Positions 34,686-40,196 of a stretch of DNA of 40,196 nt are shown here, one piece after another; position 1 is the first letter of the stretch, and the number at the start of each line of letters is the position of its first letter. The stretch lies in contig NIVC01003800.1 in assembly GCA_002269645.1 (NCBI GenBank), positions 1 through 40,196 of the forward strand, read 5' to 3'. Origin of the DNA: Macrostomum lignano. Lineage: Eukaryota. The notes below the pieces were generated by a model. That model was not told the DNA's origin, ran no database searches, and saw only the letters and a list, made by a program, of their open reading frames with translations. The position numbers and the translations under genes were made by a program.

Positions 34686-36077
34686 CTAGACCCAGGACAG
34701 CTGCAGTTGCTCGCCCTCCAACTCGATTGAAGTCTGCGTCGGATGCGGTGGCGGCTGCAGAAGCAGCGGCGGCTTCTCCTCGGATTTCGACAGCACCGAT
34801 GCTCCGTTCTTCTCAGCATCGACCGCGTCGTCGCCGGCCTCGGCTTCGGCCGGCGCTGCAGATGAAAAGCCGCGCACCGACCGACGCAGGCGTCGACGCT
34901 GCTCCGACGTGCGTCGGGACGGCAGCTGCACCGAGGCGATGAAGGCGTCGTCTCTGCCGGCTCGGTCTTGACCGCCGCCGACGCTGGCAGCCGCGGCGAC
35001 CCCGAGTCGCCGGGTGCACAGCAGCCTGGCCAGCTCCCTGCGAAACAGGGCGCCGGTGGCCAGGTAGACAAAGAATTTCAGCGCATTGTGACTGACGGCC
35101 AGGCTGTTAACTATGTGACTAGCGGCCAGGTGAGTGAAATAGGTGCGCAGCTGGGGCAGCTGGCCGTCATCGATTTGCTGGCGCACCTGGGCGTCGGTGA
35201 GGTTGCAGGTGAGGCCCTCCAAGTCGGTGCTGACCAGGCTGATGCTGGCAAACAGCAGGGCGGTGACCGGCAGCATGGCGCCGATCTGGTAGAAGGAGAC
35301 ACTCAGCAGCGTCACCGTGGCTGCCGTCGGTTGTCGCCGCTGCGCCGACGTTGGCATGGGCGCAGACAGCTCGGACACGGTGGCCACCGCTCCGCTAGCC
35401 GCTGACCGCCTCACCTGCACCAGCACCAGCAGGTTGAAGGCCAAAATAGTCAGCGGTGCTGCGGCGAAGAACAGCACTTCCGTGATCTTCGTCCAAACGT
35501 TGTAGAACCTGTGCTGCATCGTGCCAGCCTCCAGAATCCGTTTGTCCTCTGTGCAGATCTGAACGCTAGCGTCGTAGTGATAGAAGCGGAGCTGCATCAG
35601 CGCCACCAGAAGGCAGCCGACAGACAGGCAGGCGGTGGCCGCCAGAGCCCGGCGGACGGTGCAGAGCCGGTGGCTGCTGAACGGATGGCAGATGCCGATG
35701 TAGCGCTCAACAGTGAAGCCGAGAATCAGAGCCGGGGACAGGTACTGCATCCAGATGCTGTAGACAGGGAAGGCCCAGCAGACGGGCCGGTTGTCGAGCA
35801 CTCTAACGTCATAGTACTCTCGCAGATGCCAGGGCAGCTGCTGCATCAGCAGGAATGCCGCATCCAGTACAGCCAAGGCGCACAGGTAGATGCTGGAGCT
35901 GCTGCGCATCTGGCGACTGCTCCAGACGGCCAGGCTGAGGAGGCTGCCTGGAACGCCAAGCACCAGCCAAAGCGGCAGCAGAGTGCGGGCGAGGTGCACA
36001 CTATAGGGCACGAATGCCAGGCTGAGGCTGAGACTGCTGCTGTGCCGGCTCAGAATGCCAGCGCAACTGTCGTTCAT
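34686..36077 (-). CDS. Intronless class A (rhodopsin-like) GPCR, FMRFamide/peptide-receptor-like orphan, 463 aa
   Basis: Seven hydrophobic segments. TM2 YLCALAVLD, TM3 Cys and FTVERYIGICHPF, an ECL2 Cys, and TM7-H8 ALKFFVYLATGALFRREL. Confidence 0.93.
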   Translation of the reverse strand: MNDSCAGILSRHSSSLSLSLAFVPYSVHLARTLLPLWLVLGVPGSLLSLAVWSSRQMRSSSSIYLCALAVLDAAFLLMQQLPWHLREYYDVRVLDNRPVCWAFPVYSIWMQYLSPALILGFTVERYIGICHPFSSHRLCTVRRALAATACLSVGCLLVALMQLRFYHYDASVQICTEDKRILEAGTMQHRFYNVWTKITEVLFFAAAPLTILAFNLLVLVQVRRSAASGAVATVSELSAPMPTSAQRRQPTAATVTLLSVSFYQIGAMLPVTALLFASISLVSTDLEGLTCNLTDAQVRQQIDDGQLPQLRTYFTHLAASHIVNSLAVSHNALKFFVYLATGALFRRELARLLCTRRLGVAAAASVGGGQDRAGRDDAFIASVQLPSRRTSEQRRRLRRSVRGFSSAAPAEAEAGDDAVDAEKNGASVLSKSEEKPPLLLQPPPHPTQTSIELEGEQLQLSWV

Positions 36078-36287
36078 GGCCAGCTAATTGTCAGACTGAC
36101 TAATTTTATTACCAGCTCGCTGTGTGAAATTTTGCGCAGCAGAATGGAGGCGACCTACCAGTAGCTTTTAAAAGATCATTTTCAAATCTTAAGCCCTGTC
36201 AGCTGGGCTTTGATTGGTCAGAATTGAATCCGGCTACTACCCAATGGAAGCTATAGTAGCAGCGGCTTCAGCAGCAGCAGTAAGACT

Positions 36288-36644
<357 letters not shown>

Positions 36645-37228
36645 AAACAAATCGCTATTTTTAATTATGTAATTTTACCGTTTGTTAATAAACTAGTTGG
36701 CCAGTTTTACTGATAACTAAAAAAGAAGGAACGCTGCAGTGTGCTACTTCTAGTAGTATGATGTAAATCGAAATAAAAATTCAGATAATAATGACAAAGC
36801 AGTCACCTGCATTCTATCTTCTATCTTAACGATTTGAGGATTTTTTATGAACCTTTGATTCTGGGTGCGGGCAGCCATGCCTAGCAAGAATCCGTTAATG
36901 CATCGGAGTTGCAAAAGCGCAAATCCAGCAACTGCCTGTCCGCTCTGATCCGCCAGACTTATCAATCGCGCGCCAACAGCCAAGCTCTGAGGTAGCAGTG
37001 GAAATCGGGCTTGAGTGCAGGCGCTGGATTTGCGGGACCCGGCAGGAAATGCGCCAGTTTAACGCACTTGCTTGCATCAGAGGTTCGATAGCAGGGTCGC
37101 GATTAGCGGCAGGGTTTGCCAGGGATAACTGGGGATAAGGTTGACTGCCTTTGCGACCAGAGATAATCGTTCTAATGGAAGCCATTGACAAGCAGAGGCA
37201 ACGCCCTACCCTCTGCGGTCAGCTTTAT

Positions 37229-38082
37229 CTGTGTGTCAGCATGCCTACCTATCTACCTGCCTACCTACCTATCTACCTGCCTACCTATCTACCTGCCTAC
37301 CTATCTACCTGCCTACCTATCTACCTGCCTACCTATCTACCTACCTACCTATCTACCAACCTAGCTATCTACCAACCTACCCATCTATCTACCTACCTAC
37401 CTATCTACCTATCTACCTATCTACCAACCTACCCATCTATCTACCTACCTACCTATCTACCTACCTACCTATCTACCTATCTACCTATCTACCTGCCTAC
37501 CTATCTACCTGCCTACCTATCTACCTATCTACCTATCTACCAACCTACCTATCTACCTACCTACCTATCTATCTACCTATCTACCTATCTACCAACCTAG
37601 CTATCTACCAACCTAGCTATCTACCAACCTAGCTATCTACCAACCTACCTATCTAACTACCTACCTATCTATCTACCTACCTATCTACCTACCTATCTAC
37701 CTACCTACCTATCTATCTACCTACCTATCTACCAACCTAGCTATCTACCAACCTACCCATCTATCTACCTACCTATCTACCTATCTACCTATCTACCAAC
37801 CTACCCATCTATCTACCTACCTACCTATCTACCTACCTACCTATCTACCTATCTACCTATCTACCTGCCTACCTATCTACCTGCCTACCTATCTACCAAC
37901 CTACCTATCTACCTGCCTACCTATCTACCTGCCTACCTATCTACCTATCTACCTATCTACCAACCTAGCTATCTACCAACCTACCTATCTACCTACCTAC
38001 CTATCTATCTACCTACCTATCTACCTATCTATCTACCTACCTACCAATCTACCAACCTACCTATCTACCTACCTGTCTACCA
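37229..38082. repeat. Compound (CTAC/CTAT/CTGC/CAAC)n tetranucleotide array
   Basis: Visible directly. A long internal duplication is apparent between about 37360-37510 and about 37737-37890. Confidence 0.97.
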
Positions 38083-38337
38083 TTTATTTAGTTGCAAATC
38101 TGTGTCTGCAATACAAGCTACAGGAAAATACTAAATTCAGAACTTTCAATACTTGGATGGCAATTGCAATTGGCAAGGTTAATTTTTCACACTGGCAATG
38201 TATGCAATGCAGCTGCATGCTGCAATGGTAGATACGCGCACGAGTGTCTATGGCCATTATTTCAGCCCTTACCTACTACGCAACGTCAACGTCTTTCATT
38301 TTACATTCTGCCCAAAAAAGGTTATAATTGATATTAC

Positions 38338-39532
38338 TATAGACATTACCCGCTGCTAGCGGGGGTGCGGGGGCAGAGCCCCCGCTGGGGCGTGGGGGCG
38401 AAGCCCCACATTTTAACCATAGACAAAATCAATCTTGCACGCTGGAGATGGTGAGGGGAGGGGGTAACGAAAGGAGATTACAATTGAAAGCTAGTTGCCA
38501 CTATAAAACAAAGCAATGGTTTCTCTAATCAACCGTCGATTCTTCCTCCGCTTATGGACATGCGATACGCAACCGTCGACGGTTTGTCATCCGAAGAGGT
38601 GGCAATTGCAGCCATTTCTAGCAAGTGGGAAAGAGAGAACGAATGGCTGCTGCCCATGTTGGATGCAATTGCTGACACCGATTTAGAGAAGCTGCTAGCG
38701 ACTGACCCGATGTCGAATGCAAGTCTGGATGAACTGGAGAGCCTTGCTCAGCAAGTTGAACGTGAGAATCAGTGTCAATCAACCATTGCAAAGGAATTGG
38801 CTTCCGTCGGTCGTTTCGAGAAGTTTCTGACTGACAATGGTGTACAACTGGATTTGTGCTATGAGCCATCAACTAACGGCTGCCGTGGAGGTGGCTACTA
38901 CGGCCGACCCTCAAGTTGTACGCAGTGAGGCAAGTGACCCAGTTGACGTGATCAACGATCCTACGTCGGGCTCGGTGCGCTGTGTGCGAGTTATTCCGGA
39001 AAATCGGAAGAATTTGAAGATTAGAGCCAATGGTGACACCAACGTCGTTGAATTTGTATTTGAGTAGCATCTGATCGCAAGCGAAAAACTAGTAATGATA
39101 TTAACCAATTTTCACTCGTTATTTTCTTGTTGTCTAAAAATAAATTGCAATCCTGCACGTAAGATGCATTAGACCTAAAGGATAATTTGCCATAGACAAC
39201 ATCAATTCTGCACGCTTGGGCGTGCCAGATCAGCAATCCTGCACGCAGAATCAAATAAGAATGATATATTCCTGCACGGTCACGAGTGCGGGAATGACAT
39301 CTGCACGAGTGCGCGCTAGCGCACGAGTGCACGATGTCCTTCACGCACGAGTGAACGTGAAGGAATTCCATTGTCGGATGATTCATCGTGCAGGAATGCA
39401 CAAAACCGTGCAGGAATGCATTTCTGCGCCTAATGCTTTTTCAGTGAGATTTTACCATAGACATCCATTCCTGCACGCAAAAGAGTGCAAGAATGCCATT
39501 CTTGCATGGAAAATCAGCCGACAATGTCTATA
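38338..39532. mobile_element. Unclassified non-autonomous DNA element, about 1.2 kb, with 10-bp inverted termini and internal CCATAGAC repeats
   Basis: TATAGACATT at 38338-38347 and its reverse complement AATGTCTATA at 39523-39532. Three internal CCATAGACA...TGCACGC motifs at 38417, 39190 and 39455. GC hairpins lie just inside the left end. Confidence 0.55.
38554..38928 (+). CDS. Small acidic ORF (124 aa) inside the element; possible relic of a transposon gene
   Basis: ATG-initiated, non-repetitive and helical/acidic (LDELESLAQQVERENQ...GRFEKFLTD). An overlapping +1-frame ORF continues to 39067. No recognisable catalytic motif. Confidence 0.35.
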   Translation: MDMRYATVDGLSSEEVAIAAISSKWERENEWLLPMLDAIADTDLEKLLATDPMSNASLDELESLAQQVERENQCQSTIAKELASVGRFEKFLTDNGVQLDLCYEPSTNGCRGGGYYGRPSSCTQ

Positions 39533-40196
39533 AGACACAGCCTGGCCATTATTTCAGCGTGCCGGAAGCGGTCATTATTTCAGGGTAAGAGTCTGCGTGC
39601 GTGCGACTGCGTAAAGAGGGCGTGGTTGGGCCATAGACTATAAATAAAAAAGCTGTTGGGCCATAGACTATAAATGAATAAGCTGATGATAGGCTTGAGC
39701 TGACGAGAAGTAGAGATAGTCTAGATCGAGGATTAAAAGAGCTGTCTTTTCTTTTTTCGGCTATGGCGCTTATCAATTGGTCGCATCTTCCGTGGACAGC
39801 CTTAACGGAGTATCTAGATATGAGTTAGAACTACTATCCGAGCTAAGTGCAAAGGAGCATCAACAGGATGTAGAATTGAGTTCATTTATCAAGTGGCTCG
39901 AAGATCCACTGGCTGATTCTGGAGACTTGCTCCTCCCGCCGAAGATGGAGTCAACCTTGACGCCGTGGAAATCCAGTCGTTGCCAAGTCGTGGCTAAATA
40001 GTTTTGACTATCATTTTTCTTCTCACTAATATTACTATTGTTATGATTATCATTACTGTGAACATTACTCCTTATGCCAGTTAATATATGAATACTTTAA
40101 CTAATCGTCTATGGTTCAAACGTCTGTTAAAGCTGAAATAATGGCCAGTTGAGTTTGTCATTACGCCAGGCTGTGTCTTCTGGACAATGGCCGGCA

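Overview
Eukaryotic (metazoan) genomic DNA. GC-rich exons with GT-AG introns sit in an AT-rich background full of minisatellites and SINEs. The style resembles a free-living flatworm such as Macrostomum, which is inference only. Eight protein genes are supported: an uncharacterised 4-exon coiled-coil gene (+), a calmodulin-like EF-hand gene (-), a vWA + tandem-Tudor (VWA3B/DUF4537-like) gene (+), a BTB/POZ gene (-), a polypeptide GalNAc-transferase (+), a LicD/fukutin-family gene (-), an intronless and highly degenerate SLC1/DAACS transporter homolog (-), and an intronless class A peptide-type GPCR (-). Mobile DNA includes seven copies of one tRNA-derived SINE family (two young, with TSDs), a CORE-type SINE, an RTE-like LINE fragment, a hAT-type MITE with an 8-bp TSD, a Helitron-like end, and an unclassified cluster of CCATAGAC/TATAGAC-ended elements at the right end. 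At least 11 tandem arrays are present. The most notable points are the SLC1 homolog that has lost its Na+ and substrate-binding residues but kept an intact ORF, a structured central domain with covariation in the SINE family, the CCATAGAC element system and its link to a 42-bp array, and minisatellites that share cores with each other or supply a splice site.
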